Counted from the stretch's first letter, positions 49,050 to 59,392 are shown. The stretch is 64,000 nucleotides of DNA from Hellea sp. (GCA_023300105.1 JALZWM010000063.1:6101-70100), one strand, 5' to 3'. Translations and numbers: made by a program. The notes: generated from the sequence alone by a model not told the origin.

Positions 49050-51206
49050 CTATTCAGTTTTTGGTAGTGAAACATCATCGTAAAACTCTTTGCCGCGGTC
49101 ACTATTCGCTTCAGATATGACATAAGCTCTGATGGCTTCAGCGAGTTCTGGTTCCATTTTGTCTTCGAAATTTGGCATGCCGTTTTCGGCCAACAGGCCT
49201 TTCATAACCACGTCGTTCCAAGTTTCTGCGTCCTTTGTAACCGCTGAGAAACGCAATTGCGGTATAAGACCTGAGGAATAAGCTTGGTCACCATGACAGG
49301 CGCCACACATGCGGGCATAGCCAAGAGTGCCCGATTTGATGACATCTTCTGTCATGCTCGCATCTAGTATTGGTAATTCATATTCGATGTCAGCTTCCGC
49401 TTCTAAATTGGGGAGCTTACCGTTAGCGCCAAGTTTAAAAGTTAAAACACGACCAACATTCGCTGCGCTGCCAGATGGTAAGACGCCGCCCAAGCCAAGC
49501 ACAAATGAGCCGCCCCAACCTGACGCAACTGAAACATATTGCTCACCGTCAAGTTCATAGGTCACAGGCGCTGCCCCTATACCTGTTTGGGTGAAATATT
49601 TCCACTTTTGATCGCCTGTCTTGGCGTCATAGGCTGCGAAATGCGCATCATTTGTACCTTGAAAGACCAAATTACCCGCCGTTGATAATACGCCACCGTT
49701 CCATGGGCCGCCGTGCTCAAAACTCCAAGCTTCTTTTTGCGCGACAGGGTCCCATGCGAGTAAACGTCCCTTAAGCATTGATTTTAAAGCCCTAAATGTA
49801 GCTTTGTCAGTCGGCAACATGCCGTATGAAAACTCTGTGCCGGTATTCCATAGACCTTCTTTATACTCATAGCCTGTAGGGATATCGCCGTAGACCCATG
49901 GCGCTTCCTGAGCGGGAATATAAACGAGACCCGTATCCTGACTATATGACATGGGGTGCCAATTATGCGCGCCGAGAGGTCCAGGCAGCTGTAGATATGG
50001 ATCTTTGCCTGAATAACGCGCATCGGCGACTTCGACAGGCCGTCCTGTGTCTTGGTCAATATGCGTGGCCCAATTTACAGGGACAAAGTTATTCGCCGAG
50101 ATGAATTCACCCGTGATACGGTCAATGACATAGAAGAATCCGTTCTTAGGGGCCTGCATGATGACCTTGCGAGCGACGCCTTCGATGTCCATATCAGCTA
50201 AAATCATATGCTGTGTAGCCGTATAATCCCAAGTTTCGCCCGGCGTCGTTTGATAATGCCATACGTATTCCCCAGTGTCCGGCCTAACCGCTACAATAGA
50301 AGAGAGGAACAGGTTATCACCCCCGCCTGGGCTACGAATTGATTGGTTCCAAGGTGAGCCATTGCCAACGCCAAAGTATAGCAGGTCGAGGTTTGGGTCA
50401 TAAGCCATTGAATCCCATGCGGTTCCACCGCCGCCTGCGGCCCACCATTCGCCGTTCCAGGTCTCGGCGGCCATTTTCATGGTGTCATCTTCGAAACCAT
50501 CAGCCGGATTTCCTGGAACCGTATAAAAACGCCATATCTGCTCGCCCGTGTCGGCATCAAAAGCGCCAATATAACCCCGAACGCCTAGCTCAGCGCCGCC
50601 GTTACCAATGATAACTTTGCCTTTCACAACACGAGGGGCGCCTGTGATTGTGTAAGGTTTCGTCTTATCGATAGTCAGAACATCCCATATGACTTTCCCT
50701 GTTTTGGCATCAAGGGCAATGAGGCGTCCGTCAATGGTGGCGGTAAAAATCTTATTACCCCATATAGCCACGCCGCGATTAACAACGTCACAGCAGGCAT
50801 AAGCGGCCTGCTTTTTGTCAACTTCGGGGTCAAAACTCCAAAGCTGTTTACCTGTACGCGCATCAACCGCGTGCACAATATTCCACGTTGACGTCACAAA
50901 CATCATACCGTCATGAACGATAGGGGTCGCCTCAATGCCGCGGCTGGTACCGAGGTCATAGGACCACTCAAGCCCTAGGCCGTCAACATTTTCAGTATTT
51001 ACAGATTTAAGTTTTGAATGACGCTGTTCGTTATAATCACCGCCATGGGTCAGCCATGAAGATGAGGGGGCTTCTAAAATGCTAGACGCCGTAACTGGCG
51101 GCATTATTGTGGTCGTTGATTTAGCTGTTGGCTTTGAAGTCGATTGAGGTTGGCAGGCAATTGCGCCCAAGGCTAATACCGCGATTGAAATCATCAAATT
51201 CCGCAT
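49050..51206 (-). CDS. Type II quinohemoprotein (PQQ + heme c) alcohol dehydrogenase, lipoprotein
   Basis: Lipobox AIAC, vicinal CCDVVNRG, W-motif repeats, WDYTATQ, GAHNWHPMS, C-terminal CGACH. Confidence 0.92.
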   Translation of the reverse strand: MRNLMISIAVLALGAIACQPQSTSKPTAKSTTTIMPPVTASSILEAPSSSWLTHGGDYNEQRHSKLKSVNTENVDGLGLEWSYDLGTSRGIEATPIVHDGMMFVTSTWNIVHAVDARTGKQLWSFDPEVDKKQAAYACCDVVNRGVAIWGNKIFTATIDGRLIALDAKTGKVIWDVLTIDKTKPYTITGAPRVVKGKVIIGNGGAELGVRGYIGAFDADTGEQIWRFYTVPGNPADGFEDDTMKMAAETWNGEWWAAGGGGTAWDSMAYDPNLDLLYFGVGNGSPWNQSIRSPGGGDNLFLSSIVAVRPDTGEYVWHYQTTPGETWDYTATQHMILADMDIEGVARKVIMQAPKNGFFYVIDRITGEFISANNFVPVNWATHIDQDTGRPVEVADARYSGKDPYLQLPGPLGAHNWHPMSYSQDTGLVYIPAQEAPWVYGDIPTGYEYKEGLWNTGTEFSYGMLPTDKATFRALKSMLKGRLLAWDPVAQKEAWSFEHGGPWNGGVLSTAGNLVFQGTNDAHFAAYDAKTGDQKWKYFTQTGIGAAPVTYELDGEQYVSVASGWGGSFVLGLGGVLPSGSAANVGRVLTFKLGANGKLPNLEAEADIEYELPILDASMTEDVIKSGTLGYARMCGACHGDQAYSSGLIPQLRFSAVTKDAETWNDVVMKGLLAENGMPNFEDKMEPELAEAIRAYVISEANSDRGKEFYDDVSLPKTE

Positions 51207-51418
51207 AAACTTCCCCTTGTCATTTTTTATTTAATGTTAGCGCCAATCCTTGCTGTGTCACGTTATAAAATGACTTTTGTTTTTTAAAAAAAATGGCGCA
51301 AGATGAAAAATTCATGAAAAAGGTGAGTAAAGCTGCTGAATTTTAACAGTTTTCTAAGAATTGACTTGCCACTCCCCACAAACTTTTGCTTTATAGGCCG
51401 AGAACAGGACTACTTAAG

Positions 51419-51727
51419 ATGAGTACAGCTACAGTTACGCGCGCTGACCTCGCAGAGGCAGTCTATAGAGAAATTGGTTTGTCGCGTTCGGAGAGTTCCG
51501 AGCTCGTAGAATCCGTTATCGATCACGTCTGTTCGGCTTTACTGCGCGGTGAGACTGTAAAATTGGCTGGATTTGGGACATTCTCACTTCGTGATAAAAA
51601 AGAACGTATGGGCCGTAATCCAAAAACAGGTGAAGAAGTTCCGATAACATCTCGCCGTGTCTTAGTCTTTAAACCCTCGCAAATCCTTCGTGAAAGAGTA
51701 GATTCGTCATTGACCACAAAAAAATGA
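51419..51727 (+). CDS. ihfA: Integration host factor alpha
   Basis: [28 protein letters not shown]. Start moved to 51419. Confidence 0.96.
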   Translation: MSTATVTRADLAEAVYREIGLSRSESSELVESVIDHVCSALLRGETVKLAGFGTFSLRDKKERMGRNPKTGEEVPITSRRVLVFKPSQILRERVDSSLTTKK

Positions 51728-51765
51728 TATAGTCTGATTCGTAGTAACTAGGAATACATCGGGAT

Positions 51766-52350
51766 ATGCAGGTAAAGACCACAAGGGCTTTTCGAACCAT
51801 CAGCGAAGCGGGTGAGGAACTCGGCCTGCAACCTCATGTTCTCAGATTTTGGGAATCCAAATTTCCTGAGATAAAACCTATTAAAAGAGGCGGCGGACGG
51901 CGCTTCTATAGGCCCGAAGACATAGAATTCCTACGCGGTATTAAAATTCTTCTCCATGATGAAAAACATCCGATAAAAGACGTGCAAAAACTCATTCGAG
52001 TTAAGGGCGCCAATAGTATCATCGAGCTTGGGCAATCTTTGGAACGTGCATCACAAGATAAGAAAATCACGGAAACAGTTTTAATTCCTGAGCGTATTCG
52101 AAAAGCGAAACCGTCCCAAAAGCTTAAAATACGGCCCATTGAAGATGAAGTTGCCGCTACACCAGAAGAAGAGCGCGTTGTTGCCTTTGTTGCTCCGACT
52201 GTGGCACCTGCTGATGCGGATATAGAGCCGCAGGCCCCTTTAAAAGAGGTCCCTCCGATAGTCGTCGATAAAGCCCCTCTCGAAGACGCACTCCTGCGTT
52301 TAACCGCTTTGCGCTCGCGTTGGACTGACTTTAAAAAACAATCTCTCTAG
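51766..52350 (+). CDS. MerR family transcriptional regulator
   Basis: TISE....L...HVLRFWE..F...P.KR.GGRR.Y; the usual partner downstream of ihfA. Confidence 0.9.
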   Translation: MQVKTTRAFRTISEAGEELGLQPHVLRFWESKFPEIKPIKRGGGRRFYRPEDIEFLRGIKILLHDEKHPIKDVQKLIRVKGANSIIELGQSLERASQDKKITETVLIPERIRKAKPSQKLKIRPIEDEVAATPEEERVVAFVAPTVAPADADIEPQAPLKEVPPIVVDKAPLEDALLRLTALRSRWTDFKKQSL

Positions 52351-52404
52351 CACCAAGTCTATTGCCTTTTTCACTGGCCAAGCTATTACCCCCTTCGATG
52401 GTTT

Positions 52405-52481
52405 CGGAATATAGCGCAGTCCGGTAGCGCACTAAGCTGGGGGCTTAGGGGTCGCAGGTTCGAATCCTGCTATTCCGACCA
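52405..52481 (+). tRNA. tRNA-Pro(GGG)
   Basis: CGGAATATAGCGCAGTCCGGTAGCGCACTAAGCTGGGGGCTTAGGGGTCGCAGGTTCGAATCCTGCTATTCCGACCA. Confidence 0.97.
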
Positions 52482-52492
52482 TCATTTTTCAT

Positions 52493-52526
52493 AACCCCGC
52501 GTTTTTATAAACCCCGCATTTTTATA
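52493..52526. repeat. 17-bp tandem duplication
   Basis: AACCCCGCGTTTTTATA / AACCCCGCATTTTTATA, just after tRNA-Pro. Confidence 0.8.
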
Positions 52527-52570
52527 AAATGTCACAACGCTTTTTAGCTTTGAACCACGTATAGACTTAT

Positions 52571-53593
52571 ATGGTTTCTTTTTCTCTTACTAAATCTGAA
52601 CGTGCTGTTCGTAATTGGCTGTTTTTTGTCATGCTTTTAGTCATTGCGATGATTGTTATTGGCGGGGCGACGCGTCTTACAAATTCTGGTTTATCTATTA
52701 CCGAGTGGGCCCCCATAAAAGGCGCCTTGCCGCCGTTATCTTTAGAGGCATGGCAATCTGAATTTCTAAAATATCAACAAATACCAGAGTTCACCGAAGA
52801 ACATCCCGGTATGGATTTGGCGGGTTTCAAATTTATCTATTTTTGGGAATGGAGCCATCGTCAGCTCGGGCGACTTATTGGCTTGGCCTATGCGCTTCCT
52901 CTTTTCTATTTTATGATCCGGCGGCAGTTGCCACGCGGGCAGGGACTAAAGTTTGTCGCTATCATGCTATTGATTGGTTTGCAGGGCGCGATTGGATGGT
53001 GGATGGTCGCGAGCGGCCTCACGAATGACCGTGTTGATGTGAGTCAATATAGGCTTGCCACCCATCTCGGGGTTGCCTTTGTTATACTGGGGGCACTGTT
53101 CTGGTTATGGCGTAATCAGTCCGAGCTTTGGCCTGCAAAGCCTCTTGATACGAAATTACAAAAGCGGACAACGCTTTTAGCGGGGTTGGTCTTCTTACAA
53201 ATTATAGCAGGTGCCTTTGTTGCGGGGCTACATGCAGGCAAAACATACAATACATGGCCGCTTATGGACGGCGATTTTATTCCAAACTCTTATGGGCAAT
53301 TACAGCCGTTTTGGAAAAATACATTCGAAAATATAGCCGCCGTTCAGTTTAACCACAGAACCTTGGCCTATATTATTCTAGGTCTTGCTGTTTGGGTCTT
53401 GATGACATCTCGTATCAATCACCGTGTTAAAAGTAATATGGTCGTGTTTTTCGGATTTTTAATCTGGCAAATAATTTTGGGGATATGGACCTTGGTCGCA
53501 GGCGATCCGCTGTGGCTTGCTTTGTTGCATCAATTTTCAGCTATATTTGTTTTCTTGGCCGTAGTCGCAACAATGAGAGCGGCGCGTAAGTAA
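52571..53593 (+). CDS. ctaA: Heme A synthase (COX15/CtaA)
   Basis: GG.TRLT.SGLSI.EW.P, F..IYFWEW.HR..GR, QG..GWWMV.SG, RLA.HL. Confidence 0.93.
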   Translation: MVSFSLTKSERAVRNWLFFVMLLVIAMIVIGGATRLTNSGLSITEWAPIKGALPPLSLEAWQSEFLKYQQIPEFTEEHPGMDLAGFKFIYFWEWSHRQLGRLIGLAYALPLFYFMIRRQLPRGQGLKFVAIMLLIGLQGAIGWWMVASGLTNDRVDVSQYRLATHLGVAFVILGALFWLWRNQSELWPAKPLDTKLQKRTTLLAGLVFLQIIAGAFVAGLHAGKTYNTWPLMDGDFIPNSYGQLQPFWKNTFENIAAVQFNHRTLAYIILGLAVWVLMTSRINHRVKSNMVVFFGFLIWQIILGIWTLVAGDPLWLALLHQFSAIFVFLAVVATMRAARK

Positions 53594-53626
53594 ATTTTGT
53601 GAGGTTGATAATTCCGAATTATCTGC

Positions 53627-54499
53627 TCACTCGCTCATAGCACCTACAAAGTAATCGCGTGCTATCAGAACTATGCGTCCTGATTTTTTTTCGCTCGTTA
53701 GAATGACACCGCCACTATACACACTGCCCATATTCGCTGTCGTTATGCCGACATAGCCCGGGTTTGAAATCCCGCGAATGCTGAGGCCATTCGTGATTGA
53801 GATTGTTTTACTGTTTCCGCCTGCTCTCATTAGGAGGTGGGGCGTTGTTTTATCCAGTGTGAGAGACTTATCCGTATCATAGGTGAGGGCGGCACAAGCT
53901 GTGCTATTTTTATCATTACCTGCTGCGTTATTAACTGCTGTGTCATTAGCAAGAGGTTCCAGAGCCACGGAGGCATTATCTGTGACGACAACATTAAAGT
54001 CTGTGACGGTGCCGTCTTTGTTTACGGCCCAGAGTTTATTGTGACTCGGGATGGCATTCTGACAAAATTTGGTTAGCCGCGTATCGGCATTTATTGAAAT
54101 AGGTAACGCTTTGAAATTCCCGTCATCATCTGCTTCGATAAATGCTTTCAGGCTACCGCTCTTTGTGATCGCGAGAAAGACGCCCGGCTGTTTCACCCGC
54201 GCAATCCCAAAGACTGACGTGTAATCACCCTTATCAATCAGCTTTACTTTGCTGTCAGTGGTTGAGCGGTATAAGTCTGCGTTTTTATCAATCATAATAA
54301 TATGACCGAGCCACGTTGCGACGCTATTGGGAACAAACGTGGCTTCTATGATAGGGGCTGGCGCTTCTAAATCGGATGTCGCACGCACAATAATATCTGC
54401 CGCGCTTGAAATTTCAGCGTCTGCGCCCTCTATTTGAGGGCTGCCGCACGCCGTTAAAATAGCGGTCAAAACTGTAAATGTTATCAAAGGAAACTTCAT
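53627..54499 (-). CDS. Hypothetical lipoprotein, weakly beta-propeller phytase-like
   Basis: Lipobox LTAC, beta-rich repeats; the C-terminus ANMGSVYSGGVILTSE...IVLI resembles the phytase tail. Confidence 0.55.
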   Translation of the reverse strand: MKFPLITFTVLTAILTACGSPQIEGADAEISSAADIIVRATSDLEAPAPIIEATFVPNSVATWLGHIIMIDKNADLYRSTTDSKVKLIDKGDYTSVFGIARVKQPGVFLAITKSGSLKAFIEADDDGNFKALPISINADTRLTKFCQNAIPSHNKLWAVNKDGTVTDFNVVVTDNASVALEPLANDTAVNNAAGNDKNSTACAALTYDTDKSLTLDKTTPHLLMRAGGNSKTISITNGLSIRGISNPGYVGITTANMGSVYSGGVILTSEKKSGRIVLIARDYFVGAMSE

Positions 54500-54542
54500 G
54501 TAGGCGTCCTAGAGGTTTTTTTGAAAAAAGACAGATTTTTCT

Positions 54543-54601
54543 GAAGTGTCACTAAGAAGTGTCACTAAAATGGCGTAAAATGATTGTGCAAATGATTGTG
54601 C
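54543..54601. repeat. Two adjacent exact tandem duplications (13 bp and 12 bp)
   Basis: GAAGTGTCACTAA x2 (54543-54568) and AAATGATTGTGC x2 (54578-54601). Confidence 0.9.
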
Positions 54602-54665
54602 AAAATAACGCTGAAATATTTAACCCAGCCGAAGCTGGGTTAATGAGTTGGAAAAGTGAGCTGGC

Positions 54666-55115
54666 CTAATAACCTCTAAAAGATCTGCCGCCCCCGCGAA
54701 AACTCCTGCCGCTAAAGCCTCTGGAAGAGTTGCCTCTACCTGTGAACCCGCGCGAGCCATAACGGCTCTTTCCGAAATTATTACCACGGAATCCGCCGCC
54801 AAATGAATTAATTCCGATACTCAGTGAGTTAAACCCGTTATTAAATCCGCCGCCGAAGGAGTTAAGCCCAATACCGATATTAGACCTTCCATTAAACCCG
54901 CGTTGATTTCCGAAACGGCGATTATTAACAAAACGGCCATTGTTCCTAAAGCGGTTATTGTTAAAGCTTCGGTTCTGAAATCTAGGACTGAAGTTTTGTG
55001 AATTTTGCACACCAAAGCCATTTCTAAATTGCGAAGAATGTTGAGCGTGTGCTTGAACAGACAGACCGCCGACCATAGCGAGAGCTATAATTGTAGATTT
55101 TATCAGTTTTGACAT
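54666..55115 (-). CDS. Secreted Gly/Phe/Asn/Arg-rich low-complexity protein
   Basis: AGGAG RBS before ATG 55115, signal peptide MSKLIKSTIIALAMVGGLSVQAHA, mature part dominated by G, F, N, R, S. Confidence 0.75.
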   Translation of the reverse strand: MSKLIKSTIIALAMVGGLSVQAHAQHSSQFRNGFGVQNSQNFSPRFQNRSFNNNRFRNNGRFVNNRRFGNQRGFNGRSNIGIGLNSFGGGFNNGFNSLSIGINSFGGGFRGNNFGKSRYGSRGFTGRGNSSRGFSGRSFRGGGRSFRGY

Positions 55116-55417
55116 ATTGAACTCCTTGGTTCGTTGTTTACTCAACTTATATACGATTTTTTTGGGTAAACTACTGAACACGAAAACGTCATATAGCAGT
55201 TGAAGAGAGATTTAGTGCGCGATTACAGTGTCTTTGAGCGCAGTATGCGCGGCGTGTATCAGCATTGTGGCTCAATTTGACCTGCGTTACAGCAACCGTA
55301 TGTGCTTAGAGAGGTATTTATGCTCATATTAATGACTTAAAGTAAGGTATTCACGTACCTCTTTTTTAAGCCATTGTTTTTGCTTGCTATTTTGGTAAAG
55401 GTTCGCCAATTTAGCTG

Positions 55418-55446
55418 TTGACCCTTATGTGTGGCCTCTGTACATA
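55418..55446 (+). promoter_or_regulatory. Putative sigma70 promoter of rplM-rpsI
   Basis: TTGACC-N17-TACATA followed by GCGC, 60 nt before the rplM ATG. Confidence 0.55.
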
Positions 55447-55506
55447 GCGCCTTCACGAAAGAAGCTACGCGGCCCATTCGCTATAGCTGAATTCATAGAG
55501 GAAGAT

Positions 55507-55977
55507 ATGAAAACCACAAAATTTCTAAAAACCGCTGAGGTTGAGAAGAAATGGATTTTGATTGATGCAGAAGATGTCGTCGTTGGCCGTCTTGCAACTT
55601 TCATCGCCATGCGTCTTCGCGGCAAGCATTTGCCAAAGTACACACCGCATATCGATTGCGGCGATAACGTTATTATCATTAACGCTGAAAAAGTCGCGTT
55701 CACAGGTAAGAAGCGTAATGACAAAGTTTATTACTGGCACACAGGATATCCGGGCGGCTTGAAAGAGCGCACAGCGGATAAAATCCTTGATGGACGTTTC
55801 CCTGAGCGCGTTATGCGTAAGGCCGTACAGCGTATGTTGCCTAAGGAAAGCCCTTTGGCGCGTAAACAACTCAAAAACCTGCGCGTATATGCAGGCGCTG
55901 AGCATCCACATGAAGCTCAAAATGCTGAAGTCATCGACTTTAAATCTATGAGCCCTAAAAATGTGAAGGGAGCCTAA
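55507..55977 (+). CDS. rplM: 50S ribosomal protein L13
   Basis: KW.LIDA....GRLA..IA..LRGKH.P.YTPH.DCGD.V; start at ATG 55507 after GAGGAAG. Confidence 0.98.
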   Translation: MKTTKFLKTAEVEKKWILIDAEDVVVGRLATFIAMRLRGKHLPKYTPHIDCGDNVIIINAEKVAFTGKKRNDKVYYWHTGYPGGLKERTADKILDGRFPERVMRKAVQRMLPKESPLARKQLKNLRVYAGAEHPHEAQNAEVIDFKSMSPKNVKGA

Positions 55978-55981
55978 GACC

Positions 55982-56491
55982 ATGGCTGACACTAAAACAC
56001 TCGAAGACCTTAAAAACGTCATGGAAGGCACGCCTCTAGCAGACGGTTCTACTGGAACACCTCTTGCTGCAGCTTTGCCATTACCTGAGCCAAAAATTGA
56101 TAACCTTGGCCGTGCTTATGCAACAGGTAAACGGAAGAACTCTATTGCCCGCGTTTGGATTAAACCCGGCAACGGTAAAATCACAATCAACGGCCGTGAC
56201 CAAGAAGTTTACTTCGCACGTCCTGTTCTACGTTTGATTATTGCGCAGGCTTTCCAAGTTGCTGACCGTGTTGACGGTTATGATGTTATTGCGACTGTAA
56301 AAGGCGGCGGTTTGTCTGGCCAAGCTGGTGCGGTTCGTCACGGTATTACAAAAGCTTTGACTTATTATGAGCCAATTCTACGTGCACCGCTTAAAGCTGC
56401 TGGCTTTATTACGCGTGACTCACGTGTTGTTGAGCGTAAGAAATACGGTAAGGCGAAAGCTCGTAAGAGCTTCCAGTTCTCGAAACGTTAA
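55982..56491 (+). CDS. rpsI: 30S ribosomal protein S9
   Basis: [41 protein letters not shown]. Confidence 0.98.
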   Translation: MADTKTLEDLKNVMEGTPLADGSTGTPLAAALPLPEPKIDNLGRAYATGKRKNSIARVWIKPGNGKITINGRDQEVYFARPVLRLIIAQAFQVADRVDGYDVIATVKGGGLSGQAGAVRHGITKALTYYEPILRAPLKAAGFITRDSRVVERKKYGKAKARKSFQFSKR

Positions 56492-56609
56492 TCAAAGTTC
56501 TGGCTTTGCCAGTTGTTTGGTTGTTACGTTCCGAGTTTATTGGAAGTCTAGCTTTATTGCGAGTTTACTTGCTACGTTAAAGGTTACGATACACATATCG
56601 GTCTATTAT

Positions 56610-56643
56610 AAGGCGCTCCGAGAGAATCGGGGCGCTTTTTTTT
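56610..56643 (+). terminator. Intrinsic terminator after rpsI
   Basis: GCGCTCCGA-GAGAA-TCGGGGCGC followed by T8. Confidence 0.7.
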
Positions 56644-56669
56644 GTTGGGCTTAGTGAAAGAATGATAAG

Positions 56670-57707
56670 ATGAAAAATGCGGTTATATTAGGCGCCTCAG
56701 GCTACACAGGGGCAGAAGCGGTTCGGCTTATCATGGGCCATCCGAAGCTCAACCTTGTTGCTTTGACGGGCCATAGTAAAGCAGGGCAGGCCTATGGTGA
56801 TATTTATCCTAATTTTGCACATCTGAATTTGCCTGATGTTGTTACTGTTGATGACGTTGATTTCAGCAATGTTGATGTGGCTTTTGCCTGTTTACCGCAC
56901 GGGGCCAGCCAAGAAACAATCGCGGGCGTCATCGACCGCGTTGATACAGTTGTCGATCTCTCCGCTGATTTTAGATTAAAAAGTCCTGACCTTTACGAGC
57001 AAACTTACGGGCGTCCGCATGGATTTCATGAGCTGTTGAAGACGGCTGTTTACGGACTGACAGAATATGCGCGTGAGGATTTGAAAGGCGCGAAACTTGT
57101 CGCCTGTCCCGGCTGTTACCCAACCTGCACGTTGCTTGCCCTTATGCCAGCTATTGACGCTGAAATGATTGATGCGACGGATATTATCATCGACGCAAAA
57201 TCTGGCGTCACAGGTGCAGGGCGTAAAGCCTTAGCATCATTGAGCTATAGCGAAGTCAATGATGGCGCTCACGCTTACGGCGTTGCAACGCATAGGCATG
57301 CACCTGAAATAGATCAAATGGTCAATCATGTCAGCGGTTCTGAGGCGAAAGTTAGCTTTACGCCGCATCTCATTCCTATGAACCGCGGAATGATTGCAAC
57401 ATGTTATGTAAAACTCGCGGACGGCGTGAGCGTGGACGATTTACGCAGTTCATATGAGAGCCGTTATAAGGATGAGCCGTTCGTGCATGTCGAGACCGAA
57501 GGCACAGTGCCGCAAACACGGCATATCAAGGCCAGTAATCATTGCCGTATTGGCATTTTTGCTGACAGACGAGAGGGCCGCGCGATTATTATCAGCGTGA
57601 TTGATAACCTCACGAAGGGGTCTTCGGGGCAAGCTCTGCAAAATTATAATGTAACGCAAGGGTGGGATGAAACTTTGGGACTTCTAAATCCCCCCGTATT
57701 CCCATAG
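56670..57707 (+). CDS. argC: N-acetyl-gamma-glutamyl-phosphate reductase
   Basis: GASGYTG, LPHG, DLSADFRL, ACPGCYPT, SG.TGAG, IDNL.KG.SGQA.QN. Confidence 0.97.
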   Translation: MKNAVILGASGYTGAEAVRLIMGHPKLNLVALTGHSKAGQAYGDIYPNFAHLNLPDVVTVDDVDFSNVDVAFACLPHGASQETIAGVIDRVDTVVDLSADFRLKSPDLYEQTYGRPHGFHELLKTAVYGLTEYAREDLKGAKLVACPGCYPTCTLLALMPAIDAEMIDATDIIIDAKSGVTGAGRKALASLSYSEVNDGAHAYGVATHRHAPEIDQMVNHVSGSEAKVSFTPHLIPMNRGMIATCYVKLADGVSVDDLRSSYESRYKDEPFVHVETEGTVPQTRHIKASNHCRIGIFADRREGRAIIISVIDNLTKGSSGQALQNYNVTQGWDETLGLLNPPVFP

Positions 57708-57745
57708 CACTAAATTTATAGCACTATTTTCAGGCACTATATTCA
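57705..57745. repeat. About 14-bp degenerate tandem repeat x3
   Basis: TAGCACTAAATTTA / TAGCACTATTTTCA / GGCACTATATTCA, starting at the argC stop codon. Confidence 0.7.
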
Positions 57746-57818
57746 GTGAGTGTCTTTTGGGGGTGACCTCAGCCATAATTTCGCCCATATAATTTAGTAT
57801 GACTCGAAACTGGAGATA

Positions 57819-58169
57819 ATGATGTCACGACGTAAGCTTACCAAACTAGCACTTTTTTCGGCTGTGTTTGCTCTTGCGGGATGTACAACAGTAAAATTAC
57901 CCGACATCGATTTTTTAAGAATGACAGGTTTTTTTGATAATAAAGACAAAATTGATGATTATCCAAAAGTATCTGATGCGCCGTCTCGTCCGACGGGTAC
58001 GCGAACGCATGCTGTCTGGGATGCTGAAGCGAAAGAACTGATAACAAAACGAGACTTATTCAACGATCTCGACGGTTATAGCGCCGCTAAGAGTGACGCG
58101 CAGATCGAGAGTGATCTTGATGCGTTAAGAGCAAAAGTAAGAGCTTATAAAGCTGATGATCCACAATAG
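57819..58169 (+). CDS. Hypothetical lipoprotein
   Basis: Lipobox LAGC; no family recognised. Confidence 0.7.
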   Translation: MMSRRKLTKLALFSAVFALAGCTTVKLPDIDFLRMTGFFDNKDKIDDYPKVSDAPSRPTGTRTHAVWDAEAKELITKRDLFNDLDGYSAAKSDAQIESDLDALRAKVRAYKADDPQ

Positions 58170-58177
58170 AGCCTAAA

Positions 58178-59392
58178 ATGTTAGAAAATGAAGACTCAGA
58201 TTACGAAGAGTTTTACCGTATAAAACGCCTGCCACCCTATGTTTTTGCTGAAGTTAATAAGCTGAAAGCTAAACTAAGGCATGAGGGCATGGATATTATT
58301 GATTTTGGATTTGGCAATCCTGACTCGCCGACGCCGCAGCATATCATTGATAAGTTGATCGAGACCGTTCAAAAACCAAGGACGACAGGCTACTCAGTGT
58401 CTCGTGGTATTTTAGGTCTACGCCAATCCGCCTCGCGCTATTACAAACGCCGCTTTGATGTTGACTTAAGCCCTGAAGACGAAATTATTGCAACCATTGG
58501 CTCCAAAGAAGGTTTTGCGAACTTAGCGCAGGCCATAACGGCTCCGGGCGATGTTATCTACGCGCCTGACCCGTCATATCCGTTACATGCTTACGGCTTC
58601 ATTATTTGCGGGGGCGTCATTAAGCCTATTGCCGCGATTACGGCGGATGAATATCTTGCAGGCGTGAAAGCCGCGCTAGCGGAAGCTGATAAACCGCCTC
58701 TCGCTATTGTCGTCTGTTTCCCATCAAACCCAACAGGTAAGATGGCTGATTTAGATTTCTACAAAGAGATTGTCGCGCTTGCGAAAAAACACAACATTAT
58801 CATCCTCTCGGACTTGGCCTACTCGGAAATATACTTCGGCGAAGCACCGCCGTCTATTTTCCAAGTCGAGGGAGCAAAAGACGTCGCAATTGAAACGATT
58901 TCCCTCTCCAAGACCTATGCTATGGCGGGCTGGCGCATGGGTTTTGTCGTGGGCTCTAAGCGCCTGATATCAGCTTTAGCGCGCGTAAAGTCCTATTTGG
59001 ATTACGGGGCCTTTACGCCTATTCAAGTTGCGGCCTGCGCGGCGCTGGACGGCCCGCAAGACTGCGTTGAAGGATTTCGTGACCTCTATAAGAACCGCCG
59101 TGATGTTCTCGTTGAAAGCTTTGGGCGGGCAGGTTGGGATATACCGCCGCCAGAAGCAGGCATGTTTTGTTGGGCACCCCTGCCAAAAGGCCTTGAGGGC
59201 ATGACATCTCTTGAGTTTTCAAAGAGATTGATGGAGGAGGCGGGCGTGGCTGTGTCTCCGGGGGCAGGCTTTGGCGCGAATGGTGAAGGCTATATCCGTA
59301 TTGGCTTGGTTGAAAATGAGCAGCGTATTCGGCAGGCTGCACGCAATATCAAACATTTTTTAGCGTCGATACGCCAAGAAGCGGCAGAGTAA
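58178..59392 (+). CDS. Class I/II PLP aminotransferase (AlaC / LL-DAP aminotransferase-like)
   Basis: RLPPYVF, DF..GNPD, GSKEG, FPSNPTG, SDLAY, SLSKTY.MAGWR.G. Confidence 0.92.
   Translation: MLENEDSDYEEFYRIKRLPPYVFAEVNKLKAKLRHEGMDIIDFGFGNPDSPTPQHIIDKLIETVQKPRTTGYSVSRGILGLRQSASRYYKRRFDVDLSPEDEIIATIGSKEGFANLAQAITAPGDVIYAPDPSYPLHAYGFIICGGVIKPIAAITADEYLAGVKAALAEADKPPLAIVVCFPSNPTGKMADLDFYKEIVALAKKHNIIILSDLAYSEIYFGEAPPSIFQVEGAKDVAIETISLSKTYAMAGWRMGFVVGSKRLISALARVKSYLDYGAFTPIQVAACAALDGPQDCVEGFRDLYKNRRDVLVESFGRAGWDIPPPEAGMFCWAPLPKGLEGMTSLEFSKRLMEEAGVAVSPGAGFGANGEGYIRIGLVENEQRIRQAARNIKHFLASIRQEAAE

Noticed and set aside
49050-51206. Lanthanide-dependent alcohol dehydrogenase
   Set aside because: The active-site stretch is WDYTATQ, lacking the extra Asp (D-x-D) of XoxF/PedH; it fits the Ca-type quinohemoprotein.
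51343-51357. Near-CtrA box upstream of ihfA (TTAA-N7-CTAA)
   Set aside because: One mismatch in AT-rich DNA; not distinguishable from chance.
55525-56031. 168-aa antisense ORF
   Set aside because: Shadow of highly biased rplM codons.
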